Below are positions 48,978 through 60,275 of a stretch of DNA of 64,000 nucleotides, piece by piece. Source of the stretch: Promethearchaeota archaeon (lineage in GTDB: Archaea > Asgardarchaeota > Lokiarchaeia > Sigyniarchaeales > SOKP01); assembly GCA_016839705.1 (NCBI GenBank), contig JAEOTR010000057.1, positions 62,601 through 126,600 of the forward strand. Reading direction: 5' to 3'. Numbering within the stretch: the first letter of the stretch is position 1; each line of letters begins with the position of its first letter. Below the pieces are notes generated by a model that saw only the letters and a list, made by a program, of their open reading frames with translations, was not told where the DNA came from and did not search any database. The position numbers were made by a program, and so were the translations under genes.

Positions 48978-49322
48978 TTGAAATTTAAATTAGATGAAAA
49001 TAATCCTTGGATTTTAAAGGATGTCATTGAAAATGTTGGGCAACATGAAGTAGATTCTGTTTTTCATGAAAATATTACTGGTATTAATGATAAAGAATTG
49101 AATAAGAGGTGTTTTGAAGAAAATCGAGTTTTAATCACACTTAACTCGGATTTTATTAATCCTCTCGATGAATTTTATGGAATTATTATAATGAGATCAA
49201 TAAAACAAGGTAAGAATGCAGTAAAAGAACTTTTTGAGAGATTTTTAAAGAGTTATTCTCTATCGGAATCTATTGGAAAAATTATTATAATCGAACCTGA
49301 CCAAATTAGGGTAAGGTTTTAA
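48978..49322 (+). CDS. DUF5615 PIN-like toxin (VapC45-like)
   Basis: MKFKLDEN, G.NDKEL, RVLITLNSDF, GIIIMR; starts 3 bp after DUF433. Confidence 0.85.
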   Translation: MKFKLDENNPWILKDVIENVGQHEVDSVFHENITGINDKELNKRCFEENRVLITLNSDFINPLDEFYGIIIMRSIKQGKNAVKELFERFLKSYSLSESIGKIIIIEPDQIRVRF

Positions 49323-49852
49323 TTCATTTCTCGACTAAAAATGAGTTATAACTTTTCACTACCTCTTAAAATTCTTCATTCTTCTAGATTAGAAGCTCTC
49401 ATTAGTATTATAGAAGATTTGATTCGCATGGAACTACTAGAAAAATAGAGTACCTTTAAGAATTGGGAACAAATTCCCATTAGCTTAAGATAAATTTTAC
49501 TATTCTTCATTAATCAAACCACATCAAACCCAAATATTTAAATATTTATTATGTACTAATATGTATAGTGATTAAAAATGGAATAAGTTTATAGCGGTTA
49601 TCATTTTTGAATGAAACTTTTTTTCTAAGTACTAATTTTCGCCTTAATAATTATAGATTATTGCTATGAACTTTACCATTCGCCTTTTACATTGACTTAC
49701 TTCAAAAATAATTGATAATTTGCTATAAGCTAAATTTTCAGAAGTAAAGAAGTAAGGAATTCAGTAAAGGTAGCCAGAAGAGATAGGCTTTATTAGATCG
49801 ATTTTGACTCCATAAAATTTAATAAAAAAAAAAAAATAATAATAGAAAAGAT

Positions 49853-51148
49853 ATGGTGAGTAAAGTGAAAATCCTTTCCAAAGATAAATTGGAACACCCT
49901 GAAAAAGTTGGGCGTACAAATCTATATGCTTTGATGTTCACTTCATTAATTTATGGAATCGGTTCGAATATGTTCTTTATTGTTTATGTACCATTCTTAT
50001 ATGAATTTACAGATTCAATTATTATAATCGGAGTAATAACTACACTGGGAAGTATAATACAATTTTTAATGATGCCATGGATCGGAAGATTGTCAGATAA
50101 ATATGGCAGAAAATTATTTTGGTATTTTGATTCCCCTCTTATGATTCTGGGATTAATTTTCTTTATTTTTGCAGATAATCTATTTATTCTTATAACCGGT
50201 GTTTTGTGTTTCTACTTTGGACTCGGAATTGGTTATTCAATTTACCAAGTATTGGTGATGGAAAGTAGTACAGAATCGAAAAAAGGAATCAACTATGGAG
50301 TTCTAGGTTTTTTGATGTCTGTGGGAAATATTGCTGGCAGTATTTTTGTTTTGGTAGATTCAAGGTTTAATGTACGCTTTTATTTTATTATATTTATAAT
50401 CATTATGGTGATTAATCAGGTAATTGTCATATTTTTTATTTTTGATCCCATTCCACGAAAACAGAAAAAATTATTCAATCCAACGGGCCTAAATAAAACT
50501 AAAAAGGGATCTTGGAAGAAAATATTCACAAGATCTAAAACTAGAGTAATGATATTTTATTTCACCATAGATGCTTTTATTTACAGCATTTCTTTTTCAA
50601 TTTATACCGCGGGTATTATAACTCAATACCACATCACACAACAAGATATAGCCCTTTTATCTCTTTGCAGCACAATTAGTTTTATTATCTTCCAAATTCC
50701 CGCAGGCCATCTCGCTGATAAAATCGGAAAAAGGAAAGCCTTGATATTTAGTGAATCATTCGGTCTATCATTCTTTTTCTTACTGATCATATCCTACTTT
50801 CTATGGTCAAGTGGGTTTGAATTTTTAATACTCCCTCTATTAATTACAGGACAAATTATTTGGGCAGTAAATCAAACCACATTTGCTCCCGCAGAAGTTA
50901 TAACGACAACAAACTTAGATGAAACCAGAAGAGCAGAATCATATGGGATATTGGTACTTATTAGAGGAATTGGTGTAATGCCTACGGGTATTATTGCAGG
51001 ACTTTTAATAGTAAATGTGCATTATATCGTCCCATTTATCTTAACGATAATGGGAATCATCTTTAAGATATGGTTTTTACTCAAATTTTTTGAAAGGAAT
51101 ATCGCGGAAAAAGGAGATAATCATGAAAAAACCTCAAATGATATGTAA
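49853..51148 (+). CDS. MFS transporter
   Basis: About 12 TM helices; GRLSDKYGRK and GHLADKIGKRK (motif A). Confidence 0.9.
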   Translation: MVSKVKILSKDKLEHPEKVGRTNLYALMFTSLIYGIGSNMFFIVYVPFLYEFTDSIIIIGVITTLGSIIQFLMMPWIGRLSDKYGRKLFWYFDSPLMILGLIFFIFADNLFILITGVLCFYFGLGIGYSIYQVLVMESSTESKKGINYGVLGFLMSVGNIAGSIFVLVDSRFNVRFYFIIFIIIMVINQVIVIFFIFDPIPRKQKKLFNPTGLNKTKKGSWKKIFTRSKTRVMIFYFTIDAFIYSISFSIYTAGIITQYHITQQDIALLSLCSTISFIIFQIPAGHLADKIGKRKALIFSESFGLSFFFLLIISYFLWSSGFEFLILPLLITGQIIWAVNQTTFAPAEVITTTNLDETRRAESYGILVLIRGIGVMPTGIIAGLLIVNVHYIVPFILTIMGIIFKIWFLLKFFERNIAEKGDNHEKTSNDM

Positions 51149-51151
51149 CAT

Positions 51152-52429
51152 TTGTCATTACTAATTTTCTATTATTTCTTGGTTCAAATTATATTGATTA
51201 ATAATAAAGGATCTTCAGGGGAAATTAATAAATTAAAGCGGGAAAATTTAAAGGTATTATTTTTTATCAATTTAATCCATGGAATGGGCGTGGGGATGTT
51301 TAATGTTGTATATCAACCTTATGTATTGGAAATTACTAATTCGATAATGATAACTGGCGTTTTAATCACACTTGGTGCATTTATCCAATTTATACCAATG
51401 CCTTTAGTAGGTAAATTTTCAGATCGAATTGGCCGTAGGAAGTTGATGTTAATAAGTATGCCCTTTTATGTTTTAGGATTAATATCTCTTATCTTTTCAA
51501 ATTCAAATACTTTAATACTACTGATATTAGGTATTGTTTTTTATTACTTAGGTTTCATAATGAATAATCTTAGCACCTTGATATTTATATCCGAAAATAG
51601 TAATTCTTCAAAAGGTTTAATGTATGGACTTATTCTTTTTTCCTTTTTTGGAGGAACAATAGGCGGTTCTACATTTGTATTACTAGGTGGAGCATTAGAT
51701 TCACGGATTTTCTTTGGATTATTTATTGGAATTTTGATAATTGAAGGATTCATAAACATAACTTTCTTATCAGATAAACTCATATTTAAGAGACATTCAA
51801 ACTTAAAGCTTATAGATATGAGTGATTCACAAGAAGGAATTTGGAGAAAAATAATGAGGAATCCCAAAAGTAAAAACATTCTCATTTTTTTTACATTAGA
51901 CTTGTTTATCTATAATATTGGACTATCTATCTATAGTGCAGGATTACGAGATTTTTATTTCATTACTCGAGAACAACTTGCCTTAATAACTATTGTATTT
52001 AATGTGACCAATGTGATTTTCCAAATTCCTGGTGGTCATGTAGCAGATAAAATAGGAAAAAAGAAATCTCTTATTTTAAGTCAGTTTTTTGGTATATCAT
52101 TTTTTATCATCAATATATTAGCTTATTATATTTGGGCAGGAGGCTTTACAGCATTCTTATTTCCTGCCCTATTATTTAGCCATATACCATTTGCCTTAAG
52201 TGTATGCACATTTATTCCTTCACAACAGATGTCATTAACTAATTTAGATGAAACTCGAAAAGGTGAATCCTATGGAATTGCTGGTTTAATGAGAGGAATT
52301 GGATTTTTACCTACGGGTTATATTGGAGGATTTCTTATTGAAAATGTACATTACGTGGCACCTTTATTTATTTCATTTTTCGGGATTTTTTTTGAAATAT
52401 GGTATTTATCCAAATATTTTCATGATTAA
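51152..52429 (+). CDS. MFS transporter, paralogue of the upstream gene (start uncertain)
   Basis: GKFSDRIGRRK, GHVADKIGKKK; shares NLDETR..ESYGI and NVHY. Confidence 0.88.
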   Translation: MSLLIFYYFLVQIILINNKGSSGEINKLKRENLKVLFFINLIHGMGVGMFNVVYQPYVLEITNSIMITGVLITLGAFIQFIPMPLVGKFSDRIGRRKLMLISMPFYVLGLISLIFSNSNTLILLILGIVFYYLGFIMNNLSTLIFISENSNSSKGLMYGLILFSFFGGTIGGSTFVLLGGALDSRIFFGLFIGILIIEGFINITFLSDKLIFKRHSNLKLIDMSDSQEGIWRKIMRNPKSKNILIFFTLDLFIYNIGLSIYSAGLRDFYFITREQLALITIVFNVTNVIFQIPGGHVADKIGKKKSLILSQFFGISFFIINILAYYIWAGGFTAFLFPALLFSHIPFALSVCTFIPSQQMSLTNLDETRKGESYGIAGLMRGIGFLPTGYIGGFLIENVHYVAPLFISFFGIFFEIWYLSKYFHD

Positions 52430-52529
52430 GAAAAATTTATTAGATAAAACAATAACTAATTTAATTTTTCAAAAATTCAATTCTTTGAATTTCAATTTAA
52501 TAAATAAAGAAGAAAATATTGGTGAAAAT

Positions 52530-53789
52530 ATGGGTAAATTAGCAAGAAAAGTAGCAATGATAGGAGCCGGAATGAGTACGTTTGGTGTTCACTTTCCACA
52601 TAAAAGAAACCCTGATTTATGGGTTGATGCTTGGTTAGACGCAGTAAGCAGAGTAGATAATGGAATTGAGCCAAAAGATGTTGATGCGTGTTATGTAGGA
52701 AATTATTCTTCGGATCTATTTAATCATCAAGGACATTTGGGACCACAAATGGCGAATTTAGTAGGCTTAACCCCAAAACCAGCGGGTCGTTTTGAGGGTG
52801 CCTGTGCCAGTAGTGGGATTGCCTTACGTCAAGCAATCTTAGCCGTAGCCTCAGGAGTACATGACGTTATTGCCGTATCTGGGGTTGAATGCATGACAGA
52901 GCTACCTACAACAGGGGTTACTGATGTATTAGCAACAGCATCAGACAGTCTTTTTGAATATCCCGCCGGTGCGACGTTTCCGGGATTATATGCGACTTTG
53001 GCATCGGCACATTTTAATAAATATGGCACTACTGTAGAAGATTTAATGAGGGTTGCGATAAAAAACCATGAAAATGGAAAAGAAAATCCTTATGCTCAAA
53101 TGCAAAGGTCAATTTCTGATCTAATGGCAAGTAAAATCGCCAAGATAGAAAAATCAGGAGGAGAAGTTCCAGATTGGAAAGATGAGTTTGATTATCTTAA
53201 AGGTAGTTCAAATCCAATGATTGCATATCCTTTACGACTATTTGATTGTAGTTTAATTACAGATGGTGCTGCGTGTGTATTTATAGCTTCTGAAGATGTT
53301 GCTAAAAATTATACTGATACCCCAATTTGGATTGTTGGTACTGGTCAAGGAAGTGCAGCATTAGCATTGCATGATCGAGAAGATTTAACTAGTTTTATTG
53401 CTACAAAAGAGGCAGCACGACAAGCTTATGAAATGTCGAGATTTAAACCTAAAGATATTCAAGTAGCAGAAGTTCATGACTGTTTTACGATTGCAGAAAT
53501 AGTTGCTTTGGAAGATTTAGGTTTTTATGAAAAGGGTAAGGCTGTTGAAGCAATTAGGAATGGAGAAACAAAACGAGATGGTTCATTACCAATAAATACT
53601 AGCGGAGGATTAAAGAGTAAAGGTCATCCTGTAGGTGCTACTGGAGCAGCATTTTGCGTAGAAGTCTTTAAACAAATGAGAGGTATTGCTGAAAGAAATC
53701 GCCAGGTGAAATTTGATGTGGAACGTATGTTGGCTCATAATTTAGGTGGTTCAGGAGCAACATGTGTTGTAACTATATTTGAAAAATAG
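52530..53789 (+). CDS. Thiolase (archaeal/SCP2-type acetyl-CoA acetyltransferase); start moved to ATG 52530
   Basis: EGACASSG, KNH, DGAA, EVHDCF, GHPVGATG. Confidence 0.92.
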   Translation: MGKLARKVAMIGAGMSTFGVHFPHKRNPDLWVDAWLDAVSRVDNGIEPKDVDACYVGNYSSDLFNHQGHLGPQMANLVGLTPKPAGRFEGACASSGIALRQAILAVASGVHDVIAVSGVECMTELPTTGVTDVLATASDSLFEYPAGATFPGLYATLASAHFNKYGTTVEDLMRVAIKNHENGKENPYAQMQRSISDLMASKIAKIEKSGGEVPDWKDEFDYLKGSSNPMIAYPLRLFDCSLITDGAACVFIASEDVAKNYTDTPIWIVGTGQGSAALALHDREDLTSFIATKEAARQAYEMSRFKPKDIQVAEVHDCFTIAEIVALEDLGFYEKGKAVEAIRNGETKRDGSLPINTSGGLKSKGHPVGATGAAFCVEVFKQMRGIAERNRQVKFDVERMLAHNLGGSGATCVVTIFEK

Positions 53790-53791
53790 AG

Positions 53792-54223
53792 GTGAAGAAA
53801 ATGTCAGAGAATGAAAGAGAATTTACTATTAAAAGTTATATAGATTATTTATCTGAGAAGAAACTAATGGCCTCAAAGTGTAAAGATTGTGGTGCTTCCT
53901 ATGTACCTGTTAGAAAACTATGTACTAAATGTAACAGTGTAAATATGGAATGGGTTGAAATGTCAGGAAAAGGAAAAATTGCAGCATTCACGAGTATTAC
54001 CGTAGGGACACCTTTTTTTGTTGAAAAGGGTTACGATAGAAATAAACCATATTGCTTTTCAGTTATAAAATTAGATGAGGGTCCTATGGTTAGTGGTCAA
54101 TTAATTGGCGTTGATGAAAGCAAACCTGATACCATCAATATAGGAATGCAAGTTAAAGCAACTTTTATTAAAACTGAAATTAGAGGAGAAACAAGAGTAG
54201 ACTTAGGTTTCGAACCTGTTTAA
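53792..54223 (+). CDS. DUF35 Zn-ribbon/OB-fold thiolase partner
   Basis: CKDCG..Y.P.R..CTKC, SGKGKI..FT, LDEGP. Confidence 0.9.
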   Translation: MKKMSENEREFTIKSYIDYLSEKKLMASKCKDCGASYVPVRKLCTKCNSVNMEWVEMSGKGKIAAFTSITVGTPFFVEKGYDRNKPYCFSVIKLDEGPMVSGQLIGVDESKPDTINIGMQVKATFIKTEIRGETRVDLGFEPV

Positions 54224-54232
54224 ACTTATTAT

Positions 54233-54859
54233 TTATTTTTTTTCTTTTTTTTCATGTTCTTTTACATAGTTATCCCATGTAAGGAGTTTTTTTTTCCAGA
54301 TATCATGCGATTTTTTCCTTTTTTTGCTTCTTGATAGCTGATCTAAAAATAGCATTACTTCCTTCATTTTCCCCTTGATTATATTTACTGCTGCTGGACG
54401 TGTAAACACAGGTCCTTGAGATTTCGCGTCCGTCCATTGATGAGCTTCATGAATAAGTTGATCAATAAGGATCATTTTTTCTTCGGGAGTTCGAGCTTTA
54501 GGTAATTTTACTATAAAATTTTTAAAAACATCCAATGCACCTCCTCCATGAAGTTGTTTTTTTTGATAACTTTTAAGATATGTTCCCCAATTAGTCTCCC
54601 ACAAACAATTTTTGCACCCAAGTATTTCTTCCTTCTTTCCTTTATGGAAGATTAAGTTCCCACATCGAATACATTTTACTCTACCCAGACTTGCATCTGT
54701 CACAGTGATAATATCCTGACATCGAACAAAAAAACTAAAGGCTATATCATCTATTAATTCCTCATCAATTATACCCTTTGCGTCTTTTTCATACAATAAG
54801 AGAATTTTCTGTTGGGAAACTCTCGGCGACCACCTAATCATCTCACTCTTTGAGCTCAT
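54233..54859 (-). CDS. Hypothetical protein with a zinc ribbon
   Basis: CIRCG...CKNC; 208-aa open frame. Confidence 0.7.
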   Translation of the reverse strand: MSSKSEMIRWSPRVSQQKILLLYEKDAKGIIDEELIDDIAFSFFVRCQDIITVTDASLGRVKCIRCGNLIFHKGKKEEILGCKNCLWETNWGTYLKSYQKKQLHGGGALDVFKNFIVKLPKARTPEEKMILIDQLIHEAHQWTDAKSQGPVFTRPAAVNIIKGKMKEVMLFLDQLSRSKKRKKSHDIWKKKLLTWDNYVKEHEKKEKK

Positions 54860-54961
54860 ATTTCTAAAAATTGGATATACATTTTGAATATTTTCAATTA
54901 GTCCAGCTTAATCATAATATTTTTCAAAAGTAAAGAGTTTCTAGGCTATAACTTAAAAATT

Positions 54962-55762
54962 TCAGCCAATCTTTGAACATTGACCTCCATCTACAGGGAG
55001 AATAACTGAAGTAATGAATTTCGCTTCATCTGATGCTAAGAAAAGTGCCGCATTTGCTGTATCCCATGCAGTACCCATTCCACCTTTAAGAGGAACCATC
55101 CTATTCCTCATTTTTATCAGATCCTCTTTACTCATCCCTCTAGCCTTTGAAATTCCTTCAATCGCCATAGGGGTATTCATTAAGCCTGGCATGATAGCGT
55201 TAACTCGGATACCATTCTTGGCATATTTCATAGCAAGTTGATGAGTTAAGGAATTAACCCCTGATTTTGAAATTTTATACGCTACATAACGAGCAGCTGC
55301 AACAGCTGCAACAGAAGAAATATTTATTATTGATCCTCTCTCCTGTTTTTCCATCACGGGTAAGACATATTTACATACAAAAAACATCCCCTTAAGGTTT
55401 ACATCAAAAATCTTATCCCATGCCTCTTCACTTAAATCGACCAAATTCCTATCTCCCGCACCGATACCAACATTATTTACAAGGATGTCGATTCTTTCGT
55501 AAACCTCTACACATTTATCTGCAATTTGCTGACATTCATCCTCTTTTGTAATATCTGCTTTAAAAATAAAAGATTCTCCACCTTCCTTATCAATCATGAA
55601 TTTTGTTTCCTTAGCTCTATCAAGATTCTTATCAACTAGCATTACCTTAGCACCTTCACGGGCAAAAAGGATTGACATCGCTCTTCCATTTCCAATACCT
55701 TCTCCTGGTTGTTGTCCCGCTCCAACAACTATAGCAATTTTTCCATTTAATCGTTTTCCCAT
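54962..55762 (-). CDS. Short-chain dehydrogenase/reductase
   Basis: GIGNG, NNVG, ISS, YKISK (YxxxK), PG...TP, VDGG. Confidence 0.92.
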   Translation of the reverse strand: MGKRLNGKIAIVVGAGQQPGEGIGNGRAMSILFAREGAKVMLVDKNLDRAKETKFMIDKEGGESFIFKADITKEDECQQIADKCVEVYERIDILVNNVGIGAGDRNLVDLSEEAWDKIFDVNLKGMFFVCKYVLPVMEKQERGSIINISSVAAVAAARYVAYKISKSGVNSLTHQLAMKYAKNGIRVNAIMPGLMNTPMAIEGISKARGMSKEDLIKMRNRMVPLKGGMGTAWDTANAALFLASDEAKFITSVILPVDGGQCSKIG

Positions 55763-55880
55763 TTTATCACTTCTTTATTTAATTCCTAATAAATTTCAAT
55801 TGAAAAAATTTTCAGAAAAAATCTGTTGAAATAAAAGAAGAACCTCTAGCTTAAAAAATTAATAATTTATCAGTCGATGA

Positions 55881-57926
55881 TTAACCAAGAAATTCGAACT
55901 TACCTTGTAATCGAACATCTCTTGAAGAAGCTCCTATTAAGATTTCGAATTTCCCCTTTTCTGCAACCCAGTTTCCACTAGTTTCATCAAAGAAAGAAAG
56001 ATCCTCTTTCCCAATCTCAAAAGAAACTGTTGATTTTTCACTTGGCTGAAGCCTTATTTTTTTAAATCCCTTTAATTCTTTAAGAGGTCTTTCTACACTA
56101 GATTCTATATCTCGAATATATTGTTGAATTACTTCTGCCCCAAACTTCTCACCAGAGTTTACAACATCAGCAGTAACAACAAGTTTTTCATTCCCCGCTA
56201 TCTTTTCTTTACTTAGCTTAAGATTTTCATATGTAAATTTAGTGTAGGATAATCCATAACCAAAGGGGAAAAGTGGTTCGATGCGGTTTGTATCATAATG
56301 ACGATATCCTACAAAAATACCTTCATCATAAAATACCCTTAAATTTTCATCCCCAGGAAAAGTTCTTTCAGAAACGTGGGCAGGTGAATCTGATAGAACT
56401 TTCGGAAAAGTTATTGGAAGTTTTCCAGAGGGGTTGACATCTCCAAAAAGAATATTCGCAATTGCATTTCCCGCTTCCAATCCTCCATACCATGCTTGTA
56501 CTACAGCAGGAACCTTATCAATCCACTCTATCATTGAGACTGGACTACCACTGGTAAGAACAACTATTGTATTTGGGTTATCTTTTATTGTTTTAGTGAT
56601 TAATGAAACTTGATCTTCTGGTAATCCAAAAGAAACTTTATCCTCCCCTTCTATATCCATTCCCTCTTGATGCCTTAAACCCGCAAAAATTACAGTTATA
56701 TCCGCATCTGAGGGAGAATTGATAATTTCGACTTTTCCTTTACATTTTTCTGTAATCCCAATAATTGGTTTAATCTCATAAGGAGGATAATTACTAGAAC
56801 TCCCTCCTCCTAAGTGGGTTTTTTTAATAGCGGTTGGGCCTATTACAGCAATTTTCTTGAGTTTTTTCATATCTAGGGGAAGGATATTACTCTCATTCTT
56901 CAGAAGTACTATACCTTCTTCAGCAATTTCACGAGATAAAGCTTGATGTTCAGGTGTATTTCTACTTCCTTTAGGTAATGCATCTTCATCATCAAAAAGA
57001 CCCACTAAGAACATCACTCGTAGTAAACGTCGTATATTATCATTAAGGTTTTTTTCAGTAAATCTCCTTTCTTTATAAGCTTGAGCTAATCTAAAAATAT
57101 TATATTTTATAGCTATAGGCATTTCAAGAGTCAAACCTGCTTTAATGCAACTCTCCGTACTTTTTGTATATCTGGTAGCCACCCAGTCAGATACTACAAA
57201 TCCTCTGAATCCCCACTCACCCATCAATACTTCTCTAAGGAGATGCTCATTTTCAGAACCATATATTCCATTAACTTTGTTATAACAACTCATAATCGAC
57301 CAGGCATCTGCTTCTTCGACTGCTCCTTTAAACGCGGGATAATATATTTCTTGTAAAGTTCTTTCACTGACTTCAGAACTAGAAGTATGACGATTTGTTT
57401 CTTGATTATTGCAAATGAAATGTTTTATACATGCTGCTACTCTTTGGCTTTGAACTCCCGTAACAACAGCCACGGCTAATTCTTTATTCAAATATGGATC
57501 CTCGGTTTGATATTCAAAAGTTCGCCCACACATAGGAGTTCGTTGGATATTTATACCAGGAGCAAGCAACATATGTGCTCCGACATCTCGTATTTCTTGT
57601 GCTATTGCAATTCCAAACTTGTTCGATAACTCCACATTCCAAGTCGCAGCTCTACATATTGACGACGGAAAATATGTTGTTTTTATTTTTCCTTCTCTAT
57701 CTGGCCTGACACCATGAGGTCCATCAAACATCGTAAAGGGTTTAATCCCTAATCTTCGTATTCGTTTCGTGTGCCAACGTTTTCTTCCTGAAAGTAGTCT
57801 GAATTTCTCGTGTAATGTTAAACGTTCTAGTAAATCTTCTACCCTTTTTTCCGCTTCAAGGTTACTATCCATAAAAGGTAAAGTTAAAACCTTAATCTTC
57901 GATCTTTCTTTTCTCAAGTCAAACAT
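55881..57926 (-). CDS. GH3 beta-glucosidase, second paralogue
   Basis: DGPHGVR, GRTFEY..ED, KHF, SDW, PSGKLP, PFGYGLSYT. Confidence 0.92.
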   Translation of the reverse strand: MFDLRKERSKIKVLTLPFMDSNLEAEKRVEDLLERLTLHEKFRLLSGRKRWHTKRIRRLGIKPFTMFDGPHGVRPDREGKIKTTYFPSSICRAATWNVELSNKFGIAIAQEIRDVGAHMLLAPGINIQRTPMCGRTFEYQTEDPYLNKELAVAVVTGVQSQRVAACIKHFICNNQETNRHTSSSEVSERTLQEIYYPAFKGAVEEADAWSIMSCYNKVNGIYGSENEHLLREVLMGEWGFRGFVVSDWVATRYTKSTESCIKAGLTLEMPIAIKYNIFRLAQAYKERRFTEKNLNDNIRRLLRVMFLVGLFDDEDALPKGSRNTPEHQALSREIAEEGIVLLKNESNILPLDMKKLKKIAVIGPTAIKKTHLGGGSSSNYPPYEIKPIIGITEKCKGKVEIINSPSDADITVIFAGLRHQEGMDIEGEDKVSFGLPEDQVSLITKTIKDNPNTIVVLTSGSPVSMIEWIDKVPAVVQAWYGGLEAGNAIANILFGDVNPSGKLPITFPKVLSDSPAHVSERTFPGDENLRVFYDEGIFVGYRHYDTNRIEPLFPFGYGLSYTKFTYENLKLSKEKIAGNEKLVVTADVVNSGEKFGAEVIQQYIRDIESSVERPLKELKGFKKIRLQPSEKSTVSFEIGKEDLSFFDETSGNWVAEKGKFEILIGASSRDVRLQGKFEFLG

Positions 57927-58026
57927 CCCCTTTTTTAGAAATAAAAGATTATTACAAAAATAATATTTATCAATAAAACTAAAATATTTCGCAAAGGGTT
58001 ATTAAAATATCTTCTCATCAAGGTGG

Positions 58027-59184
58027 ATGGTAATTAAAAAAGAATTCAAGCTTATCATTCCTCTCATTTTTATCTTCTTAGGATTAGGATCATTTTATGT
58101 GCCTTATTTTTCAAGAAGTAACCTAAAAGTTCAAAATATTGATGTAGAATTAAATTTTGAAGGTGATAATGCCTATTCTTACATCGTAGATCAATTAAAT
58201 ATTGGATTTCGAATTCCAGGAACTCAAGAAAGAGTAGATTGTGCTAATTATTTTATTTCAAAATTTCAAGAAATTAACAACAATTTTACTTACTTTTTGG
58301 ATAATTTTACACTACATTCAACTGAATGTCAGAATGTTCTATTTAAACTAAATGAAAATCACAGCAATATTGTCATTCTAGGAGCTCACTATGACTCACG
58401 CGCAAGAGCAACAAAAGATCCGGATCCATTAAAAAGAACTGATCCAGTCCCAGGCGCAAATGATGGAGCTAGTGGATCTGCTGTTTTAATTGAACTTGCT
58501 AAAGCTTTCTTTGCAATAAGAGAAAGCTTATCTTGCCAGATTTGGTTTTTATTTTTTGACGCTGAAGATCAAGGCGCTGATGAAGGAGGAGCTGGGATAG
58601 TAGGATGGGACTGGGTTGAGGGTTCAAGAAATTTTGTAGACAATATTGATAATTTCTATAATTCTCAATATGAAGAGTTTGATGCAATGATTTTGTTGGA
58701 TATGGTGGGTGGTACCCATCTACGATTTATAGATGAACAATATTCTACATCCTCTCTCTTAGATGAGTTATTTGCTGTTGGCAGAAGTTTGGGCTTTACT
58801 TCACAGTTTCCATTAAACCCTACATCAAGCTCAATTATCGATGATCATCGAGCTTTTTTAAATATTGGAATCCCTTCAGCAGATCTGATAATCAATTTCT
58901 GGGATAATCCAAATTGGCCTTTTCATCACACTACTCAAGATGACATTAATAATATTGCAAATATTAGTTTGGATATAACAGGGAAAACGGTGGAGCAATT
59001 TATTCATAATAATTACTTTAATTCGACGATAGAGGATTATACAGGTAATTATCCTTGGTTTGAAGATATTGATAGGACTTTTTTAGAAATAATTATGTAT
59101 TTCATAATTATTATTGCTAGTGGAGCGATAATTACATTAACATTCAATGTTGTTAAACAGAAATCGTCCCGAGACATCAATTAA
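58027..59184 (+). CDS. M28 peptidase / glutaminyl cyclase-like exported enzyme, membrane-anchored
   Basis: GAHYDSR, GANDGASG, FDAED, LLDMVG, DDH, HHTTQD; N- and C-terminal TM helices. Confidence 0.88.
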   Translation: MVIKKEFKLIIPLIFIFLGLGSFYVPYFSRSNLKVQNIDVELNFEGDNAYSYIVDQLNIGFRIPGTQERVDCANYFISKFQEINNNFTYFLDNFTLHSTECQNVLFKLNENHSNIVILGAHYDSRARATKDPDPLKRTDPVPGANDGASGSAVLIELAKAFFAIRESLSCQIWFLFFDAEDQGADEGGAGIVGWDWVEGSRNFVDNIDNFYNSQYEEFDAMILLDMVGGTHLRFIDEQYSTSSLLDELFAVGRSLGFTSQFPLNPTSSSIIDDHRAFLNIGIPSADLIINFWDNPNWPFHHTTQDDINNIANISLDITGKTVEQFIHNNYFNSTIEDYTGNYPWFEDIDRTFLEIIMYFIIIIASGAIITLTFNVVKQKSSRDIN

Positions 59185-60146
59185 TGATCGCAATCCCAAT
59201 AATAATGGCCATATTTCTCTTTAAAGGCTTCTGCGAACTCATTTGTTTTGGGTCGAATAAATTCCTGCCCATCTTTTATTGTTTCATAAGTAACTGGTAA
59301 TTCACCTAACATTTCACCATCAACTTGACATAAGTATGCATCATCATCAGGATTTAACATTTCAATCCTAACCTTCCTACTCTGATATTCATTAAGATTC
59401 GGATGCGGTAATAAAGAAGCACTATACGTTTTTTTAAATTGAAAGAGTAATTTGAGTTTTTTAATGTTGGCAATGCTGATATCAAACAAACCATCATCTA
59501 CTTTAGCTTTTTGGCAAATGTACATTCCACCTCCATAAGAACCACCATTCCCTACTGCAACCAGGATCGCCTCCCCCTCGTACGTATCATTATCCATTAT
59601 AACTTTTACCTTCTTGCTTTTCCATCCAAAAAACACTTTAAGAACCAGTGCATTATAATTTTTCTCTTTATTTTCATTTGCCCTTCTTGCGACTTCTGAA
59701 TCGAATCCTTGACTTCCTACACCCAGAAAGTACCTTTTAGTACCATCATCTTTCGTTGCCAGACCCACATCAGATTTAGTAGTATGGCCCTCAGCAATAA
59801 TTTCACAAGCTCTTTTAATATCTGGTAAAATTCCAATAACTGCAGGTACATCATTACCGGAACCCATAGGTATAAATCCACACAATGCTCCTGAATTTGA
59901 ACTTATGACCCCATGAAGAACTTCATTACACGTCCCATCACCACCTGCCCCAATAACCCGATATCCATCTATAGCTAGTTGGCTAGCTAGGTCTATGGCA
60001 TGTCCTGCGTATTCCGTCTTATAAATTTTATATGAAACTTTTAAATTATCTAAACATTCACTTACAAGATCTATGTCACTTCTTCCTTTCTTTTTGCTTC
60101 CAGCAAGAGGATTGTGAATAATCGCAATATCTTCCATTTTAATCAA
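59181..60146 (-). CDS. Diacylglycerol kinase (YegS/DgkB) family lipid kinase
   Basis: NPLAG, GGDGT.NEV, PMGSGND, YGGG, DDGLFD, VDGE. Confidence 0.9.
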   Translation of the reverse strand: MIKMEDIAIIHNPLAGSKKKGRSDIDLVSECLDNLKVSYKIYKTEYAGHAIDLASQLAIDGYRVIGAGGDGTCNEVLHGVISSNSGALCGFIPMGSGNDVPAVIGILPDIKRACEIIAEGHTTKSDVGLATKDDGTKRYFLGVGSQGFDSEVARRANENKEKNYNALVLKVFFGWKSKKVKVIMDNDTYEGEAILVAVGNGGSYGGGMYICQKAKVDDGLFDISIANIKKLKLLFQFKKTYSASLLPHPNLNEYQSRKVRIEMLNPDDDAYLCQVDGEMLGELPVTYETIKDGQEFIRPKTNEFAEAFKEKYGHYYWDCDH

Positions 60147-60275
60147 TTTAAATTTTGAGTAATTTGTTAGAATTTACAACTTAAGTTAATATCACTTTGA
60201 ATAAAGAACTATTTATAATTATTTTAAAAAACGACCTAAAAAGAGTTATAAGATCATGATTATGCTAAAGTAAAC

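Noticed and set aside
52299-52529. 77-aa N-terminal extension of the thiolase in the ORF track
   Set aside because: It overlaps the MFS gene; thiolase homology starts at ATG 52530.
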